A stretch of DNA of 64,000 nucleotides from an uncultured Gammaproteobacteria bacterium (GTDB lineage: Bacteria > Pseudomonadota > Gammaproteobacteria > Eutrophobiales > Eutrophobiaceae). Positions 10,839 to 20,705 of the stretch are shown one piece after another. The position numbers and the translations under genes are program-made. The stretch lies in contig CAXBLT010000017.1 in NCBI GenBank assembly GCA_963976795.1, forward strand, positions 549-64,548, given 5' to 3'. The stretch's first letter is position 1. Each line of letters opens with the position of its first letter. The notes under the pieces were generated by a model. It had not been told where the DNA came from. It saw only the letters and a list, made by a program, of their open reading frames with translations, and ran no database searches.

Positions 10839-11714
10839 GTGTCAGAAACAGACAAATTAGTAAAACGGCTAGACTCATTACTTGATAAGATTGAACCCTT
10901 TATTCCGGACTTACCAAAGGGTATAAACAAGTTTAATGGTGGTGCATTCCGCTGGCAAAGCTATGGACATAGCGGTCTTTTTCATGAGATTAAACACGCA
11001 ACGAAAATAAGACTCTCGGACTTACAATGCATAAATAGACAAAAAGAAAAGATCGACCTCAATACACGTCAATTTATGTCAAATCTTCCTGCAAACAATG
11101 TTCTACTCTGGGGGCCCAAAGGAACCGGAAAATCCTCCTTAATAAAAGCCCTGTTGAATGAATATAAAGCTGAGGGTTTAAACTTGATTGAGGTTGAAAA
11201 AAATAACCTGGGAGATCTAAGAATTATTATTGAACAACTGAGTGAGAAGGCAGCACATTTTGTTCTTTACTGCGATGACTTATCATTTGAAGCGGATGAC
11301 CCCAGTTACAAGGCCATCAAGGTCGTATTAGATGGCTCCTTGAGTCAGACTCCTGATAATATATTGATCTACGCGACATCAAATCGTCGCCATTTATTAC
11401 CCGAAATGATGAGTGAAAATGTTTCCAGCCAAAATATCCATGGCGAATTACATCTGAACGAAGCAATTGAAGAAAAATTATCCTTATCAGAACGGTTCGG
11501 CGTATGGTTAGCATTCCACCCTTTTAATCAGGATCAATATCTAGAGATTGTAGATTACTGGTTAAGCAAATTTGATTTTGTCAGTAAAGATATGGAAGCT
11601 GTCCGCAAGGCCTCACTAAAATGGGCGCTTGAACATGGTTCGCGTAGTGGTCGATCTGCCTGGCAATTTGCTAGAGATTGGGTCGGTCAAAACAAATTAA
11701 AAAACGGAATATGA
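10839..11714 (+). CDS. AAA-type ATPase of the DUF815 family
   Basis: Walker A LLWGPKGTGKSSL. Walker B-like VLYCDDLSFE. About 290 aa. The overall pattern matches DUF815 (PF05673) ATPases. Confidence 0.6.
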   Translation: MSETDKLVKRLDSLLDKIEPFIPDLPKGINKFNGGAFRWQSYGHSGLFHEIKHATKIRLSDLQCINRQKEKIDLNTRQFMSNLPANNVLLWGPKGTGKSSLIKALLNEYKAEGLNLIEVEKNNLGDLRIIIEQLSEKAAHFVLYCDDLSFEADDPSYKAIKVVLDGSLSQTPDNILIYATSNRRHLLPEMMSENVSSQNIHGELHLNEAIEEKLSLSERFGVWLAFHPFNQDQYLEIVDYWLSKFDFVSKDMEAVRKASLKWALEHGSRSGRSAWQFARDWVGQNKLKNGI

Positions 11715-12265
11715 CGAAAGAATCTATTACTACTGAAAACGCGCAGGCTGTGTTACATGATGCTGAGCAACTCTATAGCGAAAATGATGTTGAACAAGCT
11801 ATTGCTAACATCGCCATAGCCATTACGGAAAAACTATCTACTGATAATCCAATAGTTTTGCCGGTGATGAATGGGGGCTTGATACTAGGCGGGAAACTAA
11901 TACCGCAACTCGATTTCCCCTTACAGGTCGATTATATACATGCAACGCGTTATCGCGGTGCGACTAGTGGTAGCGAGTTACACTGGTTAAAGAGAGCAGA
12001 AATACCCTTGCAGGACAGAACTATTTTATTAATCGATGACATTCTTGATCAAGGCATAACACTTGCCGCAATAATCGATGACTGTTACAAACGTGGTGCT
12101 AATAAAGTACTCACCGCAGTACTGGCAGAAAAGATAATAGAACAGGACAAACCACTCAAGACTGCAGATTTTACGGGCTTAAAACTACCTGACCGCTATG
12201 TCTTTGGAAGTGGAATGGATTATCATGAATACCATCGTAACTTAACGGGTATTTATGCCATATGA
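11711..12265 (+). CDS. hpt: Purine phosphoribosyltransferase (hypoxanthine/guanine PRTase-like)
   Basis: PRPP-binding motif ILLIDDILDQGITL. About 185 aa. The six-frame ORF begins at 11678, but the MTKES start at 11711 avoids an overlap with the upstream gene. Confidence 0.7.
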   Translation: MTKESITTENAQAVLHDAEQLYSENDVEQAIANIAIAITEKLSTDNPIVLPVMNGGLILGGKLIPQLDFPLQVDYIHATRYRGATSGSELHWLKRAEIPLQDRTILLIDDILDQGITLAAIIDDCYKRGANKVLTAVLAEKIIEQDKPLKTADFTGLKLPDRYVFGSGMDYHEYHRNLTGIYAI

Positions 12266-13014
12266 GTAAAATTGCAATCATAGGTGGCAGCGGTTTGACA
12301 GAGCTGCCGGGCTTACAAATCATTGATAAGATCGAAAGAGAAACTCCATGGGGAAAACCTTCTGCAACCATTACCATTGGCAAGGTAAATAATCTTGAAA
12401 TTTTATTTCTACCGCGCCATGGCAACCCCCATACGATTCCACCACACAAAGTTAATTACCGCGCAAACCTTTGGGCGTTACATGAAAGCAGTGTCAGCAA
12501 GATAATTGCGGTTAATGCAGTTGGCGGTATTACGCAAAAAATGACACCCTGCCGTATAGTAATACCCGACCAACTCATCGACTATACTCATGGTCGTTCA
12601 GATAGCTTTTACGAAGAGAACCTGTCTGAGGTAAAACACATCGACTTTACAAACCCTTATTCAGAAATATTACGCCGGCAATTAATAAATGCCGCAACAG
12701 AAGCTAAAATCGATATTGTTAGCACAGGAACATATGCTGTAACCCAAGGACCCAGGTTGGAAACAGCTGCGGAAGTAGCTCGTCTGGAAAAAGACGGTAA
12801 CAACATCGTGGGTATGACGAGTATGCCAGAAGCTAGTTTAGCCAGAGAATTGGACATAGAATACGCCTGTTGCGCATTGGTCGTTAACTGGGCAGCAGGT
12901 AAAACCGATGAAGTCATTACGATGGAAGTAATAGAACATAATTTAACTGAGGGGTTGGAGAAAGTACAAAACTTGATAGCAAACTTCATTAATAATGAAT
13001 CAACTATCAAGTAA
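12262..13014 (+). CDS. mtnP: S-methyl-5'-thioadenosine / methylthioinosine phosphorylase (PNP family)
   Basis: MSKIAIIGGSGL N-terminus plus conserved PNP/MTAP core. The ATGA start overlaps the hpt stop. Confidence 0.85.
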   Translation: MSKIAIIGGSGLTELPGLQIIDKIERETPWGKPSATITIGKVNNLEILFLPRHGNPHTIPPHKVNYRANLWALHESSVSKIIAVNAVGGITQKMTPCRIVIPDQLIDYTHGRSDSFYEENLSEVKHIDFTNPYSEILRRQLINAATEAKIDIVSTGTYAVTQGPRLETAAEVARLEKDGNNIVGMTSMPEASLARELDIEYACCALVVNWAAGKTDEVITMEVIEHNLTEGLEKVQNLIANFINNESTIK

Positions 13015-13186
13015 ATTTATTGCTTGTCCCTATTGTGGTGAAAAAATAGAAATTGTCATTGATTGCAGTGTCTCTGAACAACACTATATAGAAGATTGCG
13101 AAGTGTGTTGTCGACCAATAACTTTATCAGTGTCGGTTGATGAAAATGAAGAAGTCGTTGTATATCCTAAACACGAAAATGAGTAA
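12995..13186 (+). CDS. Small cysteine-rich CPXCG zinc-ribbon protein
   Basis: 63 aa with CPYCG...CxxCC motifs. Overlaps the mtnP 3' end by about 20 nt. Confidence 0.5.
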   Translation: MNQLSSKFIACPYCGEKIEIVIDCSVSEQHYIEDCEVCCRPITLSVSVDENEEVVVYPKHENE

Positions 13187-13215
13187 TAAATATTTCTAAT
13201 GATGGAAAATTAACT

Positions 13216-13686
13216 ATGAAATATAGTCTACTAATATTATTTATTTTAAGCTTGATCGCATGTGAGCAAACAGAGCTTAGTTGGCATACTATCAACGCAG
13301 AGATACAGAAAAAGTTTCCGGAAATAGAACGCATCACGATCAATGAGCTAAATGCAAAAGATCATGCAAACATAATTCTCATTGATGTTAGAAAAAAAGA
13401 AGAATTTATGGTCAGCCATATTGCTGGCGCAATAAATCTGACAGATCCCTTTGACATTGCAGAAATAGCATCAGAATCAGAGAAAGATGTTGTCGTCTAT
13501 TGTTCAGTCGGCTACCGCTCAGCAGCAGTCGTACATGAATTGAAAAATCTAGGCATTAGTAATGCGGTAAATCTAGAAGGGTCCATCTTTGCCTGGTCTA
13601 ATGCAGGTCTGCCGCTTGTCAACAAAGCAGGCCGTACTCGTGACGTACATCCCTACGATGAATATTGGGGGCAACTACTGGATTAA
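13216..13686 (+). CDS. Rhodanese-domain sulfurtransferase, predicted lipoprotein
   Basis: Signal peptide with lipobox LIAC. Rhodanese active-site loop YCSVGYRS. About 156 aa. Confidence 0.75.
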   Translation: MKYSLLILFILSLIACEQTELSWHTINAEIQKKFPEIERITINELNAKDHANIILIDVRKKEEFMVSHIAGAINLTDPFDIAEIASESEKDVVVYCSVGYRSAAVVHELKNLGISNAVNLEGSIFAWSNAGLPLVNKAGRTRDVHPYDEYWGQLLD

Positions 13687-13708
13687 CAGTAAAAGCCTGC
13701 CTATAAAC

Positions 13709-14404
13709 CTAATTACTAGACCTAAGTCTGCTCACTTGTAGAATCACACCAAACATTGGGTGATCAAAGTAGTGGATCTCATTAAGTTTAATCTTCCGGG
13801 TTTCTTTAAGTTTTATCACTGTTTTATTTGTAGTGCCTACGAACGACTCTTCACTGGTGCGAAGGATTTTATTCTCAGCGGGAAGGTCCTTGAAATATGA
13901 AAAATCAACATCAACATGTAAATAAAAACCACTTCTTATCCTGATTGATCCGTCAATAATTCTATTTAGTGGCATTAAATCATCTATAAATTCAGGCTCA
14001 TCATCCAAGCCAGCTGATTCCGCAACAGGAATAGTCGAATTAGCATCCAGTTTCTGTAAATGAACGTAACGCGATTGCCTACGTTCCGTAGCTGGTTGTT
14101 GCCAGGATAGATGTATCAGTGGTCTGTATTGGCTAGAGAGTTTGAAAGCACGTTGCACACCATTTAAACGATTACGATCTTTAGGCAGAATCATATAGGG
14201 AAGCAGGCCATCGCTTGTCTCAGTTGCTTGCAGCTCAATCAAATTGTCTCTCATGGAAAACGTTTCATTTTGCCATTGTTCACCATCCAAATCAGGATTG
14301 ATCCTATCAAAGACAACGACTTCAACCTGATACCAGGATGCGGCTGTTACAGTAGGTGGAAAAACAAAAAGTAAAACGAGGAGACTAAGTTTAAAATGAT
14401 TCAT
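13709..14404 (-). CDS. Periplasmic protein, possibly CsiV family
   Basis: Cleavable signal peptide. About 230 aa. Located immediately downstream of mfd, as csiV is in Vibrio. The family assignment comes from context and size only. Confidence 0.35.
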   Translation of the reverse strand: MNHFKLSLLVLLFVFPPTVTAASWYQVEVVVFDRINPDLDGEQWQNETFSMRDNLIELQATETSDGLLPYMILPKDRNRLNGVQRAFKLSSQYRPLIHLSWQQPATERRQSRYVHLQKLDANSTIPVAESAGLDDEPEFIDDLMPLNRIIDGSIRIRSGFYLHVDVDFSYFKDLPAENKILRTSEESFVGTTNKTVIKLKETRKIKLNEIHYFDHPMFGVILQVSRLRSSN

Positions 14405-14411
14405 ATGCCTA

Positions 14412-17400
14412 TTATGCCGCGATCTTTAGTGCAATTTCATTAAAAAGATATTCTAATATCTGTAACCTTGATTCGGCATCGGGTAAGTCTTTACTAATCC
14501 TGAGCTTATCCTGTCCATCAAGTTTGTAACTACTCGGATCGGATTGAATCAAATGGATAATACGTCCAGGGTCTATATTAGCATCTGGCAGGAAAAAGAC
14601 CCGGCCACCCTTCAAGCCCATATCAATTTTACGAATACCCAGTGGACGTGCTAGTTGCTTGAGATTACTTACCGCAAATAGATTTTTAACCGCGTCTGGT
14701 AATAAACCGAATCTGTCGATCATTTCTTCCTTCAATTCATTAAGCTCCGAACTTAATTTTGCACTAGCAATGCGTTTATACATGATTAAACGCATATGAA
14801 CATCAGGCAGGAAGTCTTCAGGGATCAAGGCGGGGATGTGCAAGTCAATCTCAGCACCATGATCAAGTGGTCGATCTAACTCAGGCTGCTTACCTTCTTT
14901 CATAGCATGCACCGCTCTGTCCAGGAGTTCCATGTACAGACCAAAACCTATTTCTTGTATATGTCCGCTTTGCCCCTCACCTAGTATTTCACCTGCACCT
15001 CTTATCTCAAGATCATGCGTAGCCAGAGTAAAACCAATACCTAATTCTTCCAAAGCTTCTATGGCTTCAAGGCGTTTCACAGCATCCGCAGTCATGGCTT
15101 TACGTGACGGGACAATGAGGTAAGCATAGGCGCGATGATGTGAACGACCTACTCGTCCACGTAATTGATACAACTGAGCCAAACCAAATTTATCAGCTCG
15201 GTTGATGATGATGGTATTCGCTGATGGGACATCGATGCCTGTTTCGATAATGGTTGTACAAACAAGAACATTAAAGCGACGGTGATAGAAATCCAACATG
15301 ATCGATTCGAGTTGCTTCTCTGGCATTTGTCCATGCGCAAACTCAACTCGGGCTTCAGGTAAAAGTTTGCCTATTTCTTCTGCCGCCTTTTCTATGGTCT
15401 TGACTTCATTATGCAGATAAAAGACTTGACCTCCACGTTTGATTTCTCGCAACATGGCTTCTTTTAATAAGGTGTCACTGCGTTCGCGTACAAAGGTTTT
15501 TACCGCAAGTCGCCTCGCTGGTGGTGTCGCAATGATAGAAAGTTCTCGTAGATCTGACAGCGCCATATTTAATGTCCTGGGGATTGGCGTAGCCGTTAGC
15601 GTTAATACATCAATTTCTGCACGTAATGATTTGAATTTTTCTTTTTGCCGCACACCGAAACGATGTTCCTCATCAATAATAATCAAACCCAGGTTTTTAA
15701 AGTTAATATCAGCTTGTAATAGCTTATGCGTACCGATAACTATGTCGGCTTTACCATCCGCCATTGCAGATAAGGCAACGTCTTGTTCTTTTTTTGATCG
15801 GAAACGTGATAATAACTCAATGCGTACCGGCCATTCAGAAAATCGATCAACAAAATTTTGGTAGTGCTGTTGTGCTAACAAGGTCGTCGGCACCAATAAG
15901 GCAACTTGTTTTCCATTTTGTACGGCAATAAAGGCAGCACGCATTGCAACCTCTGTTTTACCAAATCCTGCGTCACCGCAAATTAATCTATCCATTGGTT
16001 TGTCACTGCGCATATCTTCTATCATGCTCTGAATGGCATCATATTGACCCGGTGTTTCTTCGAAAGGGAATTTTTGTGCGAAGACAAAGTACGCATCTTG
16101 GTCGAACTCGTAAGACTGCCCCTGTCTCGCCGCACGTCGCGCATGTAACTCTAATAGTTCTGCCGCAACATCATAGACCTTCTCTGCCGCTTTGCGTCGT
16201 GCCTTCTGCCATTGACCACTACCTAATTTATGTAACGGCGCATGTTCCGGATCAACGCCGGTATAACGTGAGATCAACTCTAATGCCGCAACAGGGACAT
16301 AAAGCTTATCGCCTTCTGCATACTCAAGGTGAATAAATTCACCAGGTATACCGCCAGCGTCAATGGTAATCAGTCCACAATAGCGACCGACACCATGATC
16401 TTCATGGACAACAGGTGAACCTACACTCAATTCTGTCAGGTTACGAACAACCGCTTCTGCATCTTGTTGCTTGCGTTTACGCAACCGTCGTTGCATAACA
16501 CGTTCACCAAACAATTGTGCTTCAGTTATGATAGCAATATCAGGTTCATGCATTATCAAGCCATTCTCAATGGGCATGATTGCAATAGCAAACTCAACAT
16601 CACTCTGGAGGAAACTATCCCAATTTTCTATTTTAGCTGGTGCGCCACTGTGCTTGAATAATTCCATGATAGTCTCGCGACGACCTTGAGTTTCTGCTGC
16701 AATCAATACGCGACCATCGAACTCATTTAAAAAACGCCTGACTAATGCGAGAGGTTCTTTAGCTCGAGCATCTATTGAGAGGCTGGTTGGTAGTTCAGAG
16801 TTGAATTCAATATAAGCAGAACTGGATTCAGGCGATAGATTTACTATATGCACCTGTGGGTAAAGTTTAAAAGCCGTATAAAGGTCGTTAATATTCAGAA
16901 AAACTTCTCGTGGCGGTAATATGGGTCTTTCCACATCGTAACGTTCTTGCTCATACCGCGATTCAATATCTTCCCAGAATGTTTCAGCCGCTGCTTTAAC
17001 GCCTTCATCTAATACGAGAATTGAATCTTCAGCGACATAATCAAATAAAATGCTGGTCTCTTCATAAAAGAGTGGCAAATAATACTCTATACCTGCTGGC
17101 GCGAGTGATTGGCTCACATCACGATAAACGGGGCATTGTGCCGGGTTACCTTCAAATCGCGCGCGCCAATTAGCACGAAAACGAGCGATTCCTTCATCCA
17201 CCAATGCAACTTCTCTGGCGGGTAAAACACGTATCGATTCGACTTTATCAATCGAGCGTTGTGTCTCAATATCAAAAGTGCGAATACTATCAACCTCATC
17301 ATCGAATAAATCGATACGAAAAGGATTTATAGCTCCCATCGGGAATATATCGAGTAAAGATCCTCGTTTTGAAACTTCACCATGTTCAGTAACCTGATCA

Positions 17401-17885
17401 ACAAAACGATAACCTTGTTGATTCAACTGTTTTCTAAAATCTTCAAGCTTGATAAATTGGCCCACATCTAAAACCAGACTATTTGAAAACAAATAATCAC
17501 AAGGAATTAGACGATGCATGATTGTGGTTATTGGGACAACCAAGATACCTTGTTTTGTATTGGGCAAATTAAACAGGGTTTGTAAACGGTCTGAAATGAT
17601 ATCCTGATAGGGAGAGAACAGATCATAAGGTAATGTCTCCCAATCAGGGAAAGTAATAACCGGAATTGAACTACTGTCTTTTATGTATACATTCAATTCA
17701 TTAATAAGGTTAACTGCACTGATAGTATCGGCAGTAACTACAATGATTGGCTTTTTTGTTTGCATTGCCATATTGGCAATAGCAAGTGACCTTGCACTAC
17801 CGTATAAACGAGACCAATTAATTCTTGATTGACCCGGCTCAGGCAACACTGGTGACAACACATTTTTTCGCACGAACTCAGACAT
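14412..17885 (-). CDS. mfd: Transcription-repair coupling factor
   Basis: 1157 aa. DEAD/DEAH helicase motifs GDAGFGKTEVA, DEEHRFGV and QLRGRVGRS, plus UvrB-homology and TRG regions. Confidence 0.95.
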   Translation of the reverse strand: MSEFVRKNVLSPVLPEPGQSRINWSRLYGSARSLAIANMAMQTKKPIIVVTADTISAVNLINELNVYIKDSSSIPVITFPDWETLPYDLFSPYQDIISDRLQTLFNLPNTKQGILVVPITTIMHRLIPCDYLFSNSLVLDVGQFIKLEDFRKQLNQQGYRFVDQVTEHGEVSKRGSLLDIFPMGAINPFRIDLFDDEVDSIRTFDIETQRSIDKVESIRVLPAREVALVDEGIARFRANWRARFEGNPAQCPVYRDVSQSLAPAGIEYYLPLFYEETSILFDYVAEDSILVLDEGVKAAAETFWEDIESRYEQERYDVERPILPPREVFLNINDLYTAFKLYPQVHIVNLSPESSSAYIEFNSELPTSLSIDARAKEPLALVRRFLNEFDGRVLIAAETQGRRETIMELFKHSGAPAKIENWDSFLQSDVEFAIAIMPIENGLIMHEPDIAIITEAQLFGERVMQRRLRKRKQQDAEAVVRNLTELSVGSPVVHEDHGVGRYCGLITIDAGGIPGEFIHLEYAEGDKLYVPVAALELISRYTGVDPEHAPLHKLGSGQWQKARRKAAEKVYDVAAELLELHARRAARQGQSYEFDQDAYFVFAQKFPFEETPGQYDAIQSMIEDMRSDKPMDRLICGDAGFGKTEVAMRAAFIAVQNGKQVALLVPTTLLAQQHYQNFVDRFSEWPVRIELLSRFRSKKEQDVALSAMADGKADIVIGTHKLLQADINFKNLGLIIIDEEHRFGVRQKEKFKSLRAEIDVLTLTATPIPRTLNMALSDLRELSIIATPPARRLAVKTFVRERSDTLLKEAMLREIKRGGQVFYLHNEVKTIEKAAEEIGKLLPEARVEFAHGQMPEKQLESIMLDFYHRRFNVLVCTTIIETGIDVPSANTIIINRADKFGLAQLYQLRGRVGRSHHRAYAYLIVPSRKAMTADAVKRLEAIEALEELGIGFTLATHDLEIRGAGEILGEGQSGHIQEIGFGLYMELLDRAVHAMKEGKQPELDRPLDHGAEIDLHIPALIPEDFLPDVHMRLIMYKRIASAKLSSELNELKEEMIDRFGLLPDAVKNLFAVSNLKQLARPLGIRKIDMGLKGGRVFFLPDANIDPGRIIHLIQSDPSSYKLDGQDKLRISKDLPDAESRLQILEYLFNEIALKIAA

Positions 17886-17897
17886 TAAATTTGAAAC

Positions 17898-18611
17898 TTA
17901 AACGGCTGAATTGATTTCGGCATTTATAGCGTTTAATGCTACAAGTGGATCATCTGCTTTGGTAATCGGACGCCCAATAACCAGATAATGACTACCGGCA
18001 ACAATAGCTTCGGATGGTGTCATAATGCGTTTTTGATCATCATTACTTGAATTAGCTGGACGAATCCCAGGTGTTACCAGACAAAATTCTTTACCTAACT
18101 CAGTGCTTAGATGTTTAGCCTCTTTTGCTGAACAAACAACTCCATCTAAACCAGATGACTTTGCCAACTGTGCTAATAACATTACCTGCTTATCAACAGA
18201 ATTAGCTACGGCAATCTCTCTGAGGTCATCATCCGCCATGCTGGTAAGGACGGTCACGGCAATGAGTAATGGTTTATGAGTGCTTTTGTCGAGAGCTTCA
18301 CATGCTGTTTCCAACATAACCCGGCCACCTGATGCATGAACATTAAGCATCCAGACCCCTAAATCTGCAGCAGCACGACATGCACTGGCTACAGTATTCG
18401 GAATATCGTGGTATTTAAGATCGAGAAAAACATCAAACCCCATCTTAATAAAACGTTCAACTAAAACAGGACCTTCACGAGTAAAGAGTTCTTTACCAAT
18501 TTTAAGCCTACAGGCTAATGGATCCAGATTTTGACAAAGGTTCAATGCTTGTTTTGCATCAGGAAAATCTAAAGAAACTACTACACGACTATTATTCACC
18601 AGCAACTCCAA
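17898..18611 (-). CDS. pyrF: Orotidine-5'-phosphate decarboxylase
   Basis: VVSLDFP...LKIG N-terminus and [10 protein letters not shown] motif. Confidence 0.92.
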   Translation of the reverse strand: MELLVNNSRVVVSLDFPDAKQALNLCQNLDPLACRLKIGKELFTREGPVLVERFIKMGFDVFLDLKYHDIPNTVASACRAAADLGVWMLNVHASGGRVMLETACEALDKSTHKPLLIAVTVLTSMADDDLREIAVANSVDKQVMLLAQLAKSSGLDGVVCSAKEAKHLSTELGKEFCLVTPGIRPANSSNDDQKRIMTPSEAIVAGSHYLVIGRPITKADDPLVALNAINAEINSAV

Positions 18612-19773
18612 AAACGGGTTTTACCGTATCCCAATTTTTACAACCGGGACATAACCAATGCAGTAGTTTTGCATCAAAACCACAACTACTGCATTTATAC
18701 ATCGCTCTACCTTCAATCAATTGTGCGGTCAGGTCTTTGATCGTCTTAAGATGTTCATGTGTTTCTCCTTCAGACTTAGACAAAGTGTATTCGATCAAAC
18801 GGTCAACGCCTTTAACGGTAGGCCTACTCTTTAGTTCATCAGAGATAAAACGAATTGCGGCATTTTCCCCTTCTCGCTCAGCAATTAGTTCTGTCAACAT
18901 TAATAAGGAACTAATGCTGCCATAGATATTAACCAGCATTCTCAAGTATTCAACAAACTCATCAACGCGATCTAATTTTCGATAACAATCGAACAAAGGA
19001 ACAATAATTTCAGTTATATAATCGCTATCCTGTGATTCAACACGCTTATATGATTTGATAGCCAACTTATGCTTGCCAATTCTCTGATTCATTTTCGCTT
19101 CAATTAAACTGGCGCGCACACAATTGGGGTAAAAACCAATTGCTCGACGGATATTATCTTTAACAACACGCATATTTCCTTCTAGCAAAGCTGAATCGGC
19201 ACGCTCGCAATAAAATTGGGCAATAACAGGGTTTAGTTCCTTGCCTGATATAAACTCTAGCTTTCTGGCAATATTTATCGCATTTTCCCAATCTTTTTCT
19301 TGCTGATATATTTCCAGCAATTCCGTATAAGCTTGATTTAAATGTAGATCAGACTCAACTAATTCGAGGAATAAACCTTCAGCCCGATCTAGTAAGCCCG
19401 AGCGCATATAGTCCATTCCTAACTCAAGTAAGGCATGTGCGCGCTGTTCTCGGTCTAACGTCGGCCGAGCAATCAGGTTTTGATGAATTCGAATCGCACG
19501 ATCTACTTCCCCACGTCGACGAAATAGATTCCCAAGCGCAAGATGGGTTTCTACTGTCTCACTATCCACTTCAAGCATACGAATAAAGACTTCTATAGCC
19601 TTATCCGGCTGTTCATTCAGCACGAAATTCAAACCTTTGAAATATTCAGGGTAAATTGAATTTGAAGATTGGTTATTTTTTGAATTGCCTCGATACCGAC
19701 CTAAGCACCAACCACTCAAGGCGGCAACGGGTAATAGTAACCAAAGCAGGTTCATTTCATTTAACATCAACAC
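18592..19773 (-). CDS. lapB: Lipopolysaccharide assembly protein B (TPR protein with C-terminal rubredoxin-like zinc ribbon)
   Basis: N-terminal TM segment, multiple TPR repeats, C-terminal CSSCGF...CPGC motif. Positioned pyrF-lapB-lapA-ihfB as in many gammaproteobacteria. Confidence 0.88.
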   Translation of the reverse strand: MLMLNEMNLLWLLLPVAALSGWCLGRYRGNSKNNQSSNSIYPEYFKGLNFVLNEQPDKAIEVFIRMLEVDSETVETHLALGNLFRRRGEVDRAIRIHQNLIARPTLDREQRAHALLELGMDYMRSGLLDRAEGLFLELVESDLHLNQAYTELLEIYQQEKDWENAINIARKLEFISGKELNPVIAQFYCERADSALLEGNMRVVKDNIRRAIGFYPNCVRASLIEAKMNQRIGKHKLAIKSYKRVESQDSDYITEIIVPLFDCYRKLDRVDEFVEYLRMLVNIYGSISSLLMLTELIAEREGENAAIRFISDELKSRPTVKGVDRLIEYTLSKSEGETHEHLKTIKDLTAQLIEGRAMYKCSSCGFDAKLLHWLCPGCKNWDTVKPVFGVAGE

Positions 19774-20084
19774 TAATCCCTGACTGGCATAACCCGAAGA
19801 TTGTTAATCTCTTTTTCACTATTATTAATTTGTCTCTCAAGCATTATCTTGTCTCGTTTCAATTTGATAATAATGGGCAAGCTAGCTAATACACCGAGCA
19901 TTGAGCCAATGAACAAAACGAGAACAACCAACCACGACATCGGTAAACTAACGACATCAACATAATAATTTAACTCTATTAGTTGATTGTTTTTAAGGTG
20001 AAAGGCCAACCCAAGCAGTAAAATAACAAAAATAAGAATTAATTTGGCAATACGGGACATATCATCTCCATCGTTAAAATCCAA
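19773..20084 (-). CDS. lapA: Lipopolysaccharide assembly protein A
   Basis: 103-aa two-TM protein immediately upstream of, and overlapping, lapB. Confidence 0.7.
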   Translation of the reverse strand: MDFNDGDDMSRIAKLILIFVILLLGLAFHLKNNQLIELNYYVDVVSLPMSWLVVLVLFIGSMLGVLASLPIIIKLKRDKIMLERQINNSEKEINNLRVMPVRD

Positions 20085-20297
20085 CTCAATTTAATAAACT
20101 CACAGTCAATAGACTATAAAATTAGTTATAGCACGTAATTAGATTATCGATTAGTCACAAAGAAAAGTATTTAGTTATTTGTCTTTGATCTTGAACAGTG
20201 CAGATATTAATACACACTGTACTGTCTGTCTGGATATAACAGGATTTACAAAAGAGGATTGTCTCAGGAGAACGAATTAAGATTACAGCACTTATAT

Positions 20298-20597
20298 TTA
20301 GTCTGTTATCGGGCTGTGGCAGTTATTTACTCTTTCACGCATCTGTTTACCCGGTTTGAAATGAGGAACATGCTTAGCCGGTAATGAGACCGGTTCACCT
20401 GATTTAGGATTACGCCCAACTCTGGGTGGTCGATAATGTAGTGAGAAACTACCAAACCCACGAATCTCAATACGCTCTCCATTGGAGAGCGTAGAAGACA
20501 TATGCTCAAGTATAGTTTTTACCGCCAACTCAACGTCCTTATAAGCCAGTTGAGACTGTCGTCTTGCCAATATTTCGATAAGTTCAGATTTCGTCAT
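20298..20597 (-). CDS. ihfB: Integration host factor beta subunit
   Basis: MTKSELIE...[22 protein letters not shown] is near-identical to E. coli IhfB. The start is assigned to the MTKSEL methionine. Confidence 0.92.
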   Translation of the reverse strand: MTKSELIEILARRQSQLAYKDVELAVKTILEHMSSTLSNGERIEIRGFGSFSLHYRPPRVGRNPKSGEPVSLPAKHVPHFKPGKQMRERVNNCHSPITD

Positions 20598-20705
20598 ACT
20601 TTCCAATCTCGGTTAATGTGTTTTGATTTCTATTCAAAACACGTCCAAGCCATTGTTATTATTCCTAAATCCTATCAGAAGATGGGTCTGTTGCAACAGT
20701 AATTT

